From positions 1-60,442 of the forward strand of contig CAMBFD010000005.1 in NCBI GenBank assembly GCA_945865625.1: 60,442 nt of DNA, given 5' to 3'. The stretch is from Chitinophaga pinensis (GTDB taxonomy: Bacteria > Bacteroidota > Bacteroidia > NS11-12g > UBA955). This document shows, in pieces, positions 46,316 to 56,524 of the stretch (its first letter is position 1; each line of letters begins with the position of its first letter). A program made the translations under genes and the position numbers. The notes beneath the pieces were generated by a model. That model saw only the letters and a program-made list of their open reading frames with translations. It was not told the DNA's origin and searched no databases.

Positions 46316-47329
46316 GTGTCGGAAAGATTTCAATATCCCTTAAAGCCATACAATACCTTTGGATTCAACGTTTTCGCAAAACAGATAAACATCATCTTTC
46401 ACCCCAATGAATTAAATGATTTGTATCTGGCGCAGAAAATCAATGAAACTTCGAGAGTTTTAGGTGGAGGCTCAAACATTTTATTCACTCAAGATTTTGA
46501 GGGACAATTGCTTAAAAATGAAATCAAAGGAAGAAACATCATTTCAGAAACCAAAGAAACAATCGATATTGCATTTGGGGGTGGTGAGAATTGGCACGAA
46601 TCAGTTATTTTCTGTGTAAATAACAATTGGGGTGGAATCGAAAATTTAAGCCTAATTCCTGGCACTATCGGTGCATCTCCCATTCAAAACATTGGTGCTT
46701 ATGGCTCTGAAATTAAAGATACCTTTTTATGGCTTAAAGCGTTTAATTTAAAAACAGGGAACATCGAAACCTTTAATTATGGCGATTGCAATTTTGGTTA
46801 CCGCGATAGTTACTTCAAAAGGGAAGGCAAAAACAATTACTTCATCACTGAAGTTTGTTTCAGACTATCTAAAAACCCTATTGTCAATGTTCACTATGGC
46901 GACATTCAAGCGGTTTTAGACAACGCAAAAATTAAATTTCCAACAATAAAAGATGTGAGTGATGCCATTATTTCTATCCGTCAATCAAAATTACCAAACC
47001 CATCAGAACTTGGCAATTGCGGATCTTTTTTTAAAAACCCTGTCATCTTAAAAAGTCAGTTCATCAGTTTATTGGAAAAATATCCGGATATAAAATCCTT
47101 TCCGGTTAGCGAAACGCTTGTTAAAGTTCCAGCCGGTTGGCTCATTGAAAAAGCTGGATGGAAAGGTAAGCGCTATGGTGCTGTTGGTGTTCATGAAAAA
47201 CAAGCATTGGTATTGGTAAATTACGGAGATGGAACTGGTATCGAAATCAAAAATCTCGCGCAAAACATCCTTCAAAATATTCTAGAAACCTTCGGTATTC
47301 AGCTAGAAATTGAAGTGAATGTTTGGTAA
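46316..47329 (+). CDS. murB: UDP-N-acetylenolpyruvoylglucosamine reductase
   Basis: 337 aa with a GTG start (ATG at 46314 is out of frame). LKPYNTFG..., GGGSNILF, GWLIEKAGWKG are MurB motifs. Confidence 0.9.
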   Translation: MSERFQYPLKPYNTFGFNVFAKQINIIFHPNELNDLYLAQKINETSRVLGGGSNILFTQDFEGQLLKNEIKGRNIISETKETIDIAFGGGENWHESVIFCVNNNWGGIENLSLIPGTIGASPIQNIGAYGSEIKDTFLWLKAFNLKTGNIETFNYGDCNFGYRDSYFKREGKNNYFITEVCFRLSKNPIVNVHYGDIQAVLDNAKIKFPTIKDVSDAIISIRQSKLPNPSELGNCGSFFKNPVILKSQFISLLEKYPDIKSFPVSETLVKVPAGWLIEKAGWKGKRYGAVGVHEKQALVLVNYGDGTGIEIKNLAQNILQNILETFGIQLEIEVNVW

Positions 47330-47416
47330 ATAACCAAAGGCATCGATTTAAAATTGATTGATCATTCATAGACGCATTCATAAAAATGAATAAAAAATGT
47401 TAAATTGCAACATTCT

Positions 47417-49339
47417 ATGAAGCCATTTAGCATCATTACGTTTTTATTATTTTCTGTAGGCATTCTAAATGCTCAAAATAATGTGGATGTCACAATTACC
47501 CGAGACCATAAAAGTCCATTATGGCACAAATTCGACCCATCTAAGCTTCCCGACGTTTGGGTAAGCAAAATGGAAAATTCAATGGAAGAAATGCCATTGC
47601 CTTCTGGAATCGACAATTCGCTCAGAATTCGAATTGATAAAAAACGTGAAAATTTTATTAAACACAACGTTAATAACCGTAGAATACTCAATGGAGAACC
47701 AACGCCAGTGAGCCAACTCAATCCAACTGTTTTAAAAAATACAGATGGTACAACAGGAAGTGGTACGCCAAACGACAACCATATTGCTGTGGCAAATGAC
47801 GGAAAGTTTATTTCTGTGATGAATACCCTCATTCGCGTTCACAACGACACAGGAAAACCAATTAAAAGTTGGTCTTTAGAAAACTTTGTAAATTCTAAAA
47901 TCAATCCAAACACTAAAATTGATCAATTTCCATTGCTCAATAGAACTTACGACCCAAGAGTTCTTTACGATCCATACACAGACCGCTTCATTTTGTTTTT
48001 CATGCATGGAACCATTGATTTAACAAGTTTTATTGTGGTGGGATTTTCAACCGCCGGAGATCCAACAAAACCTTGGAACGTGTATAAAATACCGGGAAAT
48101 CCAATTAACGACACTGTGTGGAGCGACTATCCTATTGTGAGTCAAACAAAAGATGATCTTTACTTTACCGTTAACTTACTCGGGAATGGCACAACTTGGG
48201 AAGAAGGATTCAGAGAAGCAGTTATCTGGCAATTGAGAAAAGAAGATGGATATAAGGGCGATACGCTCCATAAAAATTGTTTTTCAGGAATCCGTTTCAA
48301 TGGGCAAAGTGTAAGAAGCATCTGCCCTATGCAAAACGGACCAATGCCTGACGGAATTGATAATTATTTCGTGAGTGTAAAGCCAATTGACGCTGAAAAT
48401 GATACCGTTTACTTACATAGAGTTACAAACACCCAAAAAAGTGGTAAAGCAGGATTCGAATTAACACTTCTTAAAGCAAATATTCCTTATGGGTTTCCAT
48501 CAAGCGCTTTGCAACCCGACACTGGTTTACGGTATAAATTAAGAACGAATGATGCAAGAGCGCTCACTGGAATTCGCAATGGAAATCAAATCCAATACAT
48601 GCAAAATTCTATGAATTTCAAAACCTTACAGGCTCACTTAATGCATTCAACTGTTTATAATATCAACGAAACTTCGCCAAAAGTCGTTTCTCATTTATAT
48701 ACGAATGACACGTTAGATTTTGGTTATCCAGCAATGGCATTTGCAAGCTTAAAGAACAACGATCCAAGCGTAATCATAACTTCCGTATTCAGTAGCAATT
48801 ACAATTATCCGGGAATGGGAATGGTGTACAGAAATCGATATGGCGAATATTCTAACTATGTAAAAATTAAAAATGGAAGCTCATTGATTAACTATTTTGG
48901 AATCAAACCCGATGAACAACGATGGGGTGATTATGAAGGAATTCAAGCAAAGTACAATGAACCAGGAGTGTTTTATGCTGTAGGATCTTATGGCAAAAAT
49001 AGTTCAATGTATTCCTTTGTATCGAGATTGAAATTGAACGATAACGTGCTAACACAGCCCATCGAAGCAATTAAAATTTTCCCAATCCCCAGCGATTTTG
49101 GCTATGTTAACATAGAGATTCAAAGCAACAGAACTGCCATTTACAAAGGTGAAATTTACAACCTCTCTGCACAATCTATTTCAAATGAAAATAATCATTA
49201 TAAAATTAGTTTTCAGGTTGATGAAGGAACCCATATTTATAGAATTCACACCCATAATTTAGCTCCTGGGAATTATCAATTGCGGTTATTTTCTGATGAT
49301 GGAAAAATGATTATCACCAAAAAAATTATTGTACTTTGA
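47417..49339 (+). CDS. large secreted protein of unknown function with a T9SS C-terminal sorting domain
   Basis: About 640 aa from ATG 47417 (MKPFSIITFLLFSVGILNAQ). The C-terminal IKIFPIPSDFGYVNIEI...GNYQLRLFSDDGKMIITKKIIVL is CTD-like. The ~550-aa N-terminal region is not recognised. Confidence 0.7.
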   Translation: MKPFSIITFLLFSVGILNAQNNVDVTITRDHKSPLWHKFDPSKLPDVWVSKMENSMEEMPLPSGIDNSLRIRIDKKRENFIKHNVNNRRILNGEPTPVSQLNPTVLKNTDGTTGSGTPNDNHIAVANDGKFISVMNTLIRVHNDTGKPIKSWSLENFVNSKINPNTKIDQFPLLNRTYDPRVLYDPYTDRFILFFMHGTIDLTSFIVVGFSTAGDPTKPWNVYKIPGNPINDTVWSDYPIVSQTKDDLYFTVNLLGNGTTWEEGFREAVIWQLRKEDGYKGDTLHKNCFSGIRFNGQSVRSICPMQNGPMPDGIDNYFVSVKPIDAENDTVYLHRVTNTQKSGKAGFELTLLKANIPYGFPSSALQPDTGLRYKLRTNDARALTGIRNGNQIQYMQNSMNFKTLQAHLMHSTVYNINETSPKVVSHLYTNDTLDFGYPAMAFASLKNNDPSVIITSVFSSNYNYPGMGMVYRNRYGEYSNYVKIKNGSSLINYFGIKPDEQRWGDYEGIQAKYNEPGVFYAVGSYGKNSSMYSFVSRLKLNDNVLTQPIEAIKIFPIPSDFGYVNIEIQSNRTAIYKGEIYNLSAQSISNENNHYKISFQVDEGTHIYRIHTHNLAPGNYQLRLFSDDGKMIITKKIIVL

Positions 49340-50007
49340 GTCAACCAGAAGCTCCAAAAGGTGAAATACTTTTGATCGACAAACCTTATGGATGGTCGTC
49401 TTTTCAGGCGGTAAAAAAGGTTAAATGGTTGCTCAAGGCAAAAAAAGTTGGACATGCAGGCACACTTGACCCGCTGGCAACGGGATTGTTAATTCTCTGC
49501 ACTGAAAAAAAAACAAAGGAAATTGAATCTATACAAGGTCAAGAAAAGGAATACACTGGAACCATCACTGTTGGGGCTACTACCCCAAGTTATGATATGG
49601 AAACAGAACCCAATCAAACATTCCCTTTTGACCATATCACCCTGGAATTAATCAATGAAACTTTACCTAAATTCATTGGCGATATTTCTCAAATCCCACC
49701 ATTGTTTTCGGCCATTAAAGTTGATGGTAAAAGAGCGTATACTTTGGCACGACAAGGGAGCGATCATGAATTAAAATCTAGAATCATCAATATCCGTGAA
49801 TTTGAAATCACCCGAATTGAACTTCCCGAAATTGACTTTAGAGTTTGCTGCAGCAAAGGAACTTACATTCGAACATTGGCATTTGACTTTGGAAAAGCTT
49901 TGGGTTCCGGAGCGCATTTAAGTGCTTTAAGACGCACCAAAATTGGCAATTATTCAGTAGAAAATGCCATTGAACCTCAAAATGTTCAACCTCCAATTGT
50001 CGAATAA
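49336..50007 (+). CDS. truB: tRNA pseudouridine(55) synthase
   Basis: 223 aa with a TTG start overlapping the upstream stop. The GHAGTLDPLATGLL catalytic-Asp motif is present. Confidence 0.9.
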   Translation: MSQPEAPKGEILLIDKPYGWSSFQAVKKVKWLLKAKKVGHAGTLDPLATGLLILCTEKKTKEIESIQGQEKEYTGTITVGATTPSYDMETEPNQTFPFDHITLELINETLPKFIGDISQIPPLFSAIKVDGKRAYTLARQGSDHELKSRIINIREFEITRIELPEIDFRVCCSKGTYIRTLAFDFGKALGSGAHLSALRRTKIGNYSVENAIEPQNVQPPIVE

Positions 50008-50053
50008 TTTTAACCAATAAACGGAATCATTTTAAATTTGGTCTTATTTTTGC

Positions 50054-50061
50054 TAACTTTG
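50054..50061 (+). promoter_or_regulatory. -7 promoter box for the TlpA-like gene
   Basis: TAACTTTG, 7 nt from ATG 50069. Confidence 0.45.
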
Positions 50062-50068
50062 AGCGTAT

Positions 50069-51277
50069 ATGCAAAAGAAATTTTTTGGATTTGTCCTAAT
50101 CACGACATTCTGTTTAGGAAATTATAGTTGTAATAAATTAAACGCTGGTGAAATTAAAAGCAATATCAGCCAATGGGTTAAAGAACTAACAACCCCAAAT
50201 AAATCAACACTTGTTAAAGTAGAAAATGGATTTGTTCTTTCGGGTAACCTAAAGAACAAGCCTCGTCATTTAATTCGTTTATGGGAAATGCTAGCCGATC
50301 AATTGGTATTTATTGATAGTGTAAGAACCGATAAAGAAGGAAATTTTAAACTCAAAGGAAATACCAAAGAATTAATTTTCTGTCATTTACAATTAGAGAA
50401 CGAATCTGGCATTTACATGGCTGTAGATAACAATAGCAAGTTAAATTTTTCAATAGACCTATCCGAAAACGGCATCAACTACACCACCGATGGCAATGAA
50501 AGTGATGATAGTAAATTGTTAAAAGAACTAATTGGATTAAACACATCTTACGCTTACAGAATTAAACTCATTGAAAATCAAGCAAAGACAATTCCAAATA
50601 CGGCAGAAGGATACACATTGGGTATGAATTTGCAAAATCAGTATTACGCCCTTATTGCCGAGCGCGAACAAAAAATCAAACAGTTTTCAATCAACCAAAA
50701 ATCTGGATTCATTCCTTATTTTATAATAACCTATGGAGTATTGCAAAACCCAGATATTGATTTATTTACCCACGCTGTAGATTGTGCTCAAAAAGCCGAT
50801 AAAAACTCCAAATACACCCAAGCCATTGAACAAAAATATGCCATTGAAAGTCGCTTCATGATTGGTGGCGAAGCTCCTAACCTCAAATTAAAACAAACTG
50901 ATGGTACCGAAAAAGAATTGTTTAGCTTAAGAGGTAAAGTTGTTTTAATCGATTTCTGGGCTAGCTGGTGTGGACCATGCCGGAGAGAAAACCCTAATGT
51001 TCGTAAACTTTATAGCCGATTTAAAAACAAAGGATTTGAAATCTATGGTGTTTCTTTAGATCAAGATGCAAATCGTTGGAAAGGTGCCATTGCTGCCGAT
51101 AGTTTAAGTTGGTATCATGTTTCTGATTTGGGTGGATGGCAATCTGCTGCGGCTAGCCTTTATCAAGTTCATTCAATTCCCCAAACTTTCTTAATTGATA
51201 AAAATGGTCGTATCTTAGGCAAAGGGTTGAGAGGCGAACAGCTTGAAGCAAAGCTTGAAGAAGTTTTGGGCAATTAA
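50069..51277 (+). CDS. TlpA/ResA-like thiol-disulfide oxidoreductase lipoprotein with a long N-terminal domain
   Basis: 402 aa. The C-terminal thioredoxin fold contains FWASWCGPCRRENP. Confidence 0.85.
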   Translation: MQKKFFGFVLITTFCLGNYSCNKLNAGEIKSNISQWVKELTTPNKSTLVKVENGFVLSGNLKNKPRHLIRLWEMLADQLVFIDSVRTDKEGNFKLKGNTKELIFCHLQLENESGIYMAVDNNSKLNFSIDLSENGINYTTDGNESDDSKLLKELIGLNTSYAYRIKLIENQAKTIPNTAEGYTLGMNLQNQYYALIAEREQKIKQFSINQKSGFIPYFIITYGVLQNPDIDLFTHAVDCAQKADKNSKYTQAIEQKYAIESRFMIGGEAPNLKLKQTDGTEKELFSLRGKVVLIDFWASWCGPCRRENPNVRKLYSRFKNKGFEIYGVSLDQDANRWKGAIAADSLSWYHVSDLGGWQSAAASLYQVHSIPQTFLIDKNGRILGKGLRGEQLEAKLEEVLGN

Positions 51278-51356
51278 CAACTTGCCGAAAAAACTAACAA
51301 TTCAATAACCTCCTGTTAATGCAATACTCACATTAAGGTTATTAATTTGTAACCAG

Positions 51357-52046
51357 ATGATTAAGAAAATGGCAAAAATCCTAGTCGTTGATGACGAACA
51401 AGATATTCTTGAGTTAGTTAGACATTCTTTAAATAAAGAAGGCTACGAAGTACATATCGCTGCGAATGGTCAACAGGCTATAGATAAAGCAAAACAAGTC
51501 TTACCAGATTTGATTTTGATGGATGTTATGATGCCAGTAATGGATGGAATGGAAGCTTGTCGTCAGTTAAAAGAAGATAAATCAACAAGTCATATTTCAA
51601 TTATTTTCCTCACTGCTCGAAGCGAAGAATTTGCCGAATTGGCAGGATTTGAAGCTGGTGCCGATGATTACGTTTCAAAGCCAATAAGAAGTAGAGTATT
51701 GCTAAGTCGCATAAAAGCAATTTTAAGACGTCAAAATTCTGGTAGTAAAATTGAAGAAAACGTTAAAATCGATTTCGGCGTATTGGCTATTGATCGCGAT
51801 AGATTTGTTGTTGAATACAATGGGGCAACTTTACAATTTCCACGTAAAGAATTTGAATTGCTATCTTTCCTAGCTTCTAAGCCTGGTAGAGTGTTTTCGA
51901 GAGATGAAATCTTAGAAAATGTTTGGGGCAATGAAGTTTTGGTTGTTGATAGAACAATCGATGTTCACGTTAGAAAAATAAGAGAGAAATTAGACGATAA
52001 ATTTATCTACACAGTAAAAGGTGTTGGATATAAATTTGAAGTTTAA
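51357..52046 (+). CDS. OmpR/PhoB-family response regulator
   Basis: 229 aa. Receiver domain (KILVVDDEQDI...DLILMDVMMP) plus a winged-helix C-terminus (...YTVKGVGYKFEV). ATG 51369 is an alternative start. Confidence 0.9.
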   Translation: MIKKMAKILVVDDEQDILELVRHSLNKEGYEVHIAANGQQAIDKAKQVLPDLILMDVMMPVMDGMEACRQLKEDKSTSHISIIFLTARSEEFAELAGFEAGADDYVSKPIRSRVLLSRIKAILRRQNSGSKIEENVKIDFGVLAIDRDRFVVEYNGATLQFPRKEFELLSFLASKPGRVFSRDEILENVWGNEVLVVDRTIDVHVRKIREKLDDKFIYTVKGVGYKFEV

Positions 52047-52052
52047 ATCCCC

Positions 52053-53261
52053 TTAATCGTCTTGATTCGAATTCGAAACTTTTTCAAGTAAATTCATAAT
52101 CCCTGATGCTTTCGTTAAGCATTCTTCATATTCTTCTTCAGCAATACTGTCATAAGTTATTGCACCTCCTACGCAGTACTTGAGTCGGTTTTTACGGTAT
52201 TCTAAACTTCGAATCACCACGTTAAAATCGAAATCTCCATCTTTCATATATCCAACACATCCACTGTAAAATTCTCTATGGAAATCTTCAAGTAAATCAA
52301 TATGCTTCATCACTTCTATTTTGGGTGCGCCGGTCATACTTCCCATTGGAAAAACAGCATCAATAATGTGATGGAACTTCACGTCTTGCTCTATCTCTCC
52401 CACAACCGTTGATATCATTTGATGAACATGAGAAAACGTATGTATCTCACACAACTCTGGAACCAAAACAGTAGATGGTTTACAAATTCTGGATAAATCG
52501 TTTCTAACCAAATCAACAATCATTTTGTTTTCTGCCAAATCTTTAGGGTGATCCTTCAACTCAGCGATGATTTCTCTTTCTTTTCCGGGGATGCGTTTCC
52601 GGGTGCCTTTTATGGGCTGAGTCATGAGCGATTGACCAGATTTCATCAAAAATCTTTCAGGACTTGCACAAAGCAAATATTGATCTTTAAGCTTATAAAA
52701 GGCGGCGAAAGGACTTGGCGCCAATTGATTAAAATAGTAAAATAGTAAATATGGATTTAGATTTGCAAACGCCGAAAACGAAATGCAATAGTTTAATTCA
52801 TAATAAACACCGTAGCGAATGTCGTTACGAATTTTTTCCACGGCATTTAAATAATCTTCCTTGGGGGTCGTTTCTTGCCAAAGACCAATGTCAAATGTCT
52901 CGTTTAAATCCAATTGTTCGGATGTAAACTCAAACCCACCAAATGTTTCTGAACTTCCGTCCCTCGAAATAAAAAGGCCCTTTTGCGGTTCAAAAAACAT
53001 ACACAGCGGTGTTGTTTCTTCCAAATGAGGTGTTTTCGATATGAACTCAATTGTATTCTTAAATTGATAAGATATATGTCCTACAGCAATGCCCTTAAAG
53101 TGATCTAATTCAATTGGATCAGAAAAAATGCGTTTCTCACCGAGAGCCACAACTGAAGCATATTTCCCATGAGAATCTTCATATTCATTCGACAAAAGAA
53201 TGGCAGCGTGTGAAACATTTTGCGCCTGAAACAATGCGTTTAAAATTTGATTATCATTCAT
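52053..53261 (-). CDS. pabB: aminodeoxychorismate synthase component I / chorismate-binding enzyme
   Basis: Starts at ATG 53261 (MNDNQILNALF). Chorismate-binding motifs (PSPFAAFYK, GTRKR, DLAENKMIVDLVRND, GSMTGAPK, GGAI). 8-nt overlap with the uvrC stop. Confidence 0.8.
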   Translation of the reverse strand: MNDNQILNALFQAQNVSHAAILLSNEYEDSHGKYASVVALGEKRIFSDPIELDHFKGIAVGHISYQFKNTIEFISKTPHLEETTPLCMFFEPQKGLFISRDGSSETFGGFEFTSEQLDLNETFDIGLWQETTPKEDYLNAVEKIRNDIRYGVYYELNYCISFSAFANLNPYLLFYYFNQLAPSPFAAFYKLKDQYLLCASPERFLMKSGQSLMTQPIKGTRKRIPGKEREIIAELKDHPKDLAENKMIVDLVRNDLSRICKPSTVLVPELCEIHTFSHVHQMISTVVGEIEQDVKFHHIIDAVFPMGSMTGAPKIEVMKHIDLLEDFHREFYSGCVGYMKDGDFDFNVVIRSLEYRKNRLKYCVGGAITYDSIAEEEYEECLTKASGIMNLLEKVSNSNQDD

Positions 53262-55074
53262 TAGAATCACCTTTCTCCAACTGATAATAATGATAAACCA
53301 ATTCCGCCTTCGCCTTTCCAATTACCGGAGTGAGTGTTTCGACCGAAGCAGTTTTAATTCTTCCAATACTCTTAAATTCCTTCAATAACAATCTGGCCTT
53401 TTCTGGTCCAATACCAGGAATGTCTGTTAAACTTGTTTTCAAAGTTCCCTTATCTCTGCGAGATCTATGATGTGTAATTCCAAATCTATGTGCCTCATCA
53501 CGCATGTGCTGAATAACTTTTAGCGTTTCTGATTTTTTATCAATATACAATGGCAATGGATCTTCAGGATAATAAATTTCTTCCAACCTTTTGGCAATGC
53601 CCACAATGGCCAATTTGCCATAAACACCTATTTCTTTTAGCGCTTCAACCGCCGAACTCAATTGCCCCTTTCCGCCATCCACAACGATGAGTTGCGGCAA
53701 GGGTTGATTTTCATTAACCAAACGAGAATATCTGCGTGTAATAACTTCCTTCATGGTATCGAAATCGTTCGGACCCACAACCGTTTTTACATTAAAATGA
53801 CGATAATCTGATTTTGAAGGTTTCCCATCTTTAAAAACCACACAAGCACTCACAGGATATGTCCCTTGAAAATTGCTATTGTCAAAACATTCAATATGAC
53901 TCGGCAATTCAGTCAATCGCAAATCATTTTTCATTTGCTCTAGCAACCTATCAATTCGAACGGAAGGGTTTAGCTTTTCATATTGTGTGAGTTTTTCTTG
54001 CTTGTACAAGATGGTATTTTTCATACTCAAATCGATCAGCTTTTTCTTATCTCCGCCTTTAGGAATGGTTACCACCACAGATTGATCTGGCCAATCGAGA
54101 TTAAATGGCAACACAATCTCTTTCACATCATCGCCATAGTGATTTCTCATTTCACCAATCACGTGAATGAGGATTTCATCATCTGTTTCATTCAATTTCT
54201 TGCGAATTTCAACATTTCTAGAAATCACGATCATGCCATGCGTAACTCGTAAAAAATTGACAAAGCTTATCTTATCTGTGCTGCTGATGCTATAAACCTC
54301 TAAATCGCCAAGCACGGGACTTACAATGGTACTACGGTGCTGATAATTCACTAAAGAATCTAATTTCTCCTTGTATTGATGTGCTTCCTCAAAGGCTAAT
54401 TTACGTGATGCTTCCATCATTAACATTTTCAAATGCTCTTTAACTTCATGTAAATTACCTTTTAAAATATGTTTAATTTGACGAATGCCTTCATTATAAT
54501 GATCTTCAGATTGATAACCTTCACATGGGCCTTTACAGTTCCCAATTTGATATTCCAAACAAATTTTAAACTTAAAAGATGCAATATTTGCCGGTGATAA
54601 ATTCAAATTACAACTTCTCACCGGATACAATTTCTTAATCAATTCAAGAACTGTATACATGATTTTTTTATTTGGGTAGGGACCAAAATACTCAGAACCA
54701 TCTTTAACAGGATTAAACATGGAAAAAACCTTAGGAAATCGGTCTTTAGATATTTTGATATAAGGGTAACTTTTATCGTCCTTTAGGGCAATATTGTATT
54801 TGGGCTGAAATTCTTTAATGAGGCTATTTTCAAGCAGCAAAGCATCCATTTCGGTATCAACTACAGTGTATTCAATGTGTTGAATTTTAGAAACCAACAG
54901 AGCGGTTTTGAAATTATCGTGATGATTCTTGGTAAAATAACTTGAAACCCTCTTTTTAAGGCTTTTTGCTTTACCTACATAAATAATGACAGCATTTTTA
55001 TCGAAATACTTGTAAACCCCTGGTTTTTCCGGAAGTGAACTTACAATTGGCTTGAGATTTGCTGGTGCTGTCAC
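53254..55074 (-). CDS. uvrC: excinuclease ABC subunit C
   Basis: 606 aa with a GTG start. GIY-YIG N-terminus (PGVYKYFDKN..IIYVGKAKSLKKRV), UvrBC domain, C-terminal HhH2. Confidence 0.93.
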   Translation of the reverse strand: MTAPANLKPIVSSLPEKPGVYKYFDKNAVIIYVGKAKSLKKRVSSYFTKNHHDNFKTALLVSKIQHIEYTVVDTEMDALLLENSLIKEFQPKYNIALKDDKSYPYIKISKDRFPKVFSMFNPVKDGSEYFGPYPNKKIMYTVLELIKKLYPVRSCNLNLSPANIASFKFKICLEYQIGNCKGPCEGYQSEDHYNEGIRQIKHILKGNLHEVKEHLKMLMMEASRKLAFEEAHQYKEKLDSLVNYQHRSTIVSPVLGDLEVYSISSTDKISFVNFLRVTHGMIVISRNVEIRKKLNETDDEILIHVIGEMRNHYGDDVKEIVLPFNLDWPDQSVVVTIPKGGDKKKLIDLSMKNTILYKQEKLTQYEKLNPSVRIDRLLEQMKNDLRLTELPSHIECFDNSNFQGTYPVSACVVFKDGKPSKSDYRHFNVKTVVGPNDFDTMKEVITRRYSRLVNENQPLPQLIVVDGGKGQLSSAVEALKEIGVYGKLAIVGIAKRLEEIYYPEDPLPLYIDKKSETLKVIQHMRDEAHRFGITHHRSRRDKGTLKTSLTDIPGIGPEKARLLLKEFKSIGRIKTASVETLTPVIGKAKAELVYHYYQLEKGDSNE

Positions 55075-55078
55075 ACTC

Positions 55079-55086
55079 CAAAATTA
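55079..55086 (-). promoter_or_regulatory. -7 promoter box for uvrC-pabB
   Basis: The minus strand reads TAATTTTG, 4 nt from the GTG start at 55074. Confidence 0.4.
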
Positions 55087-55108
55087 CAACGAAACATTGA
55101 AGTAAGGT

Positions 55109-55936
55109 TTAGTTTTTTTGAGGGATTTCTACCCTCTTTGCACAAACAGACTCACCATAAAATTTACCGGCCTTTGCATCAAAATCATTGAATTGGTCGG
55201 TTGTGTAAAATTCTTTTTGACCATCTTTCAAAATATTATTTGCAATTTCAGGGTGTCGTTTTAAATAATCAACCAGCTTTTCAGCAACCAAATCTCCCTG
55301 TGAAATAATTTTTACATTTTGAGGAACTGCTTTTTGAATTGAATCTAAAAGCAACGGGTAATGCGTGCATGCCAATAAAATTGCATCTATCTGATTGTCT
55401 TTTTCCAACAATCTTTGAATATGGTCATTCACAAAAAAATCGGTTCCTTCAACGTTTAGGAGATCATTTTCTATCAAATGCACCCAAATTGGACAAGCTT
55501 CTTGGCTCACTTGAATTTCTGGGAAAAATTTGGCAATTTCAATTTTATACGAATCCGACTTAATTGTGCCAGTTGTTCCTAAGATTCCAACATGTTTAGA
55601 TTGGCTAAATTGCCCAACCGATTCAGTTGTTGGTCTTAAAACGCCCAATACCCGTTTATTGTCGTTCCTCAAAGGCAAGTCCACTTGCTGAATTTGGCGA
55701 AGTGCTTTCGCCGAAGCTGTATTGCAAGCCAAAATCACCAAATCACAATCGTGATCGAACAACCAATTCACGCAATCTAGGGTGTAATGATAAACTGTAT
55801 CAAAGGATCGATCACCGTAGGGCGCTCTAGCATTGTCACCCAAATAAACGAAATGCAATTCGGGCAGAGCTTTGACCAAAGACTTGAGGACAGTAAGTCC
55901 ACCGTAACCAGAATCGAAGACTCCAATTTTAGACAT
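55109..55936 (-). CDS. murI: glutamate racemase
   Basis: MSKIGVFDSGYGGLTV from ATG 55936 (the track uses GTG 55942). Catalytic-Cys motifs LACNTAS and LACTHYP. Confidence 0.9.
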   Translation of the reverse strand: MSKIGVFDSGYGGLTVLKSLVKALPELHFVYLGDNARAPYGDRSFDTVYHYTLDCVNWLFDHDCDLVILACNTASAKALRQIQQVDLPLRNDNKRVLGVLRPTTESVGQFSQSKHVGILGTTGTIKSDSYKIEIAKFFPEIQVSQEACPIWVHLIENDLLNVEGTDFFVNDHIQRLLEKDNQIDAILLACTHYPLLLDSIQKAVPQNVKIISQGDLVAEKLVDYLKRHPEIANNILKDGQKEFYTTDQFNDFDAKAGKFYGESVCAKRVEIPQKN

Positions 55937-55953
55937 TGGCACGAATATAAAAT

Positions 55954-55981
55954 AAAAAAGCCACCCTTGGGTGGCTTTTTT
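55954..55981 (-). terminator. intrinsic terminator downstream of ompH, upstream of murI
   Basis: AAAAAA GCCACC cttg GGTGGC TTTTTT. The stem is perfect with U-runs on both strands. Confidence 0.85.
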
Positions 55982-55998
55982 AAGATTGAAAATCAGAA

Positions 55999-56511
55999 TT
56001 ATTTTTTACTTGTCATTTGTTTGATCACAGCACCGGTAATTTCATCGTTACCATTCGCCGACCATAAAACAATACCAGCGTTTTCCATTACGGTTGTGTA
56101 TCCTTTAGCAGCGGCAACAACACCAATTGCTTTTTTGATATCTTCAACGATAGGCTTCAATAATTTGGCTCTTTGAGCTTGCATATCGGCATTGCCCGCT
56201 TGTTCAGTTTCTTGATACTCTTGAACCAAACGCTCGTAGCTTTTTTGGATAAGCTCCAATTGAGCTGGAGTTGCACCACCTTTAGCTTTTACTTCGTACT
56301 CTTTTTGTTTAGATTGGATTTCCATTTGCAAATCTTTGATTCTCTCATCGTATTGCTTGGCAAAAATTGCCAATTTCTTCTCCGCACTGTCTTTAGCAGG
56401 TAAAGTGTCGATAATGATTTGTGTGTTTACAAAAGCAATTTTTTGAGCTTGAGCAAATGAGCCACAAGCTAAGAAAAACATGAAAGTTGATAGAACTAGA
56501 ATTTTTTTCAT
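55999..56511 (-). CDS. OmpH/Skp-family periplasmic chaperone
   Basis: 170 aa with a signal peptide and a coiled-coil-rich OmpH pattern (KIAFVNTQIIIDTLP...). Confidence 0.8.
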   Translation of the reverse strand: MKKILVLSTFMFFLACGSFAQAQKIAFVNTQIIIDTLPAKDSAEKKLAIFAKQYDERIKDLQMEIQSKQKEYEVKAKGGATPAQLELIQKSYERLVQEYQETEQAGNADMQAQRAKLLKPIVEDIKKAIGVVAAAKGYTTVMENAGIVLWSANGNDEITGAVIKQMTSKK

Positions 56512-56524
56512 CGTATATTATATT

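Noticed and set aside
49507-49515. Homopolymer runs inside coding regions (A9 in truB; also A8 in yggS near 9795 and a 9-nt A/T run in the rhomboid gene near 35641), considered as phase-variation switches
   Set aside because: They encode Lys/Phe runs in housekeeping genes of an AT-rich genome. There is no contingency-gene context.
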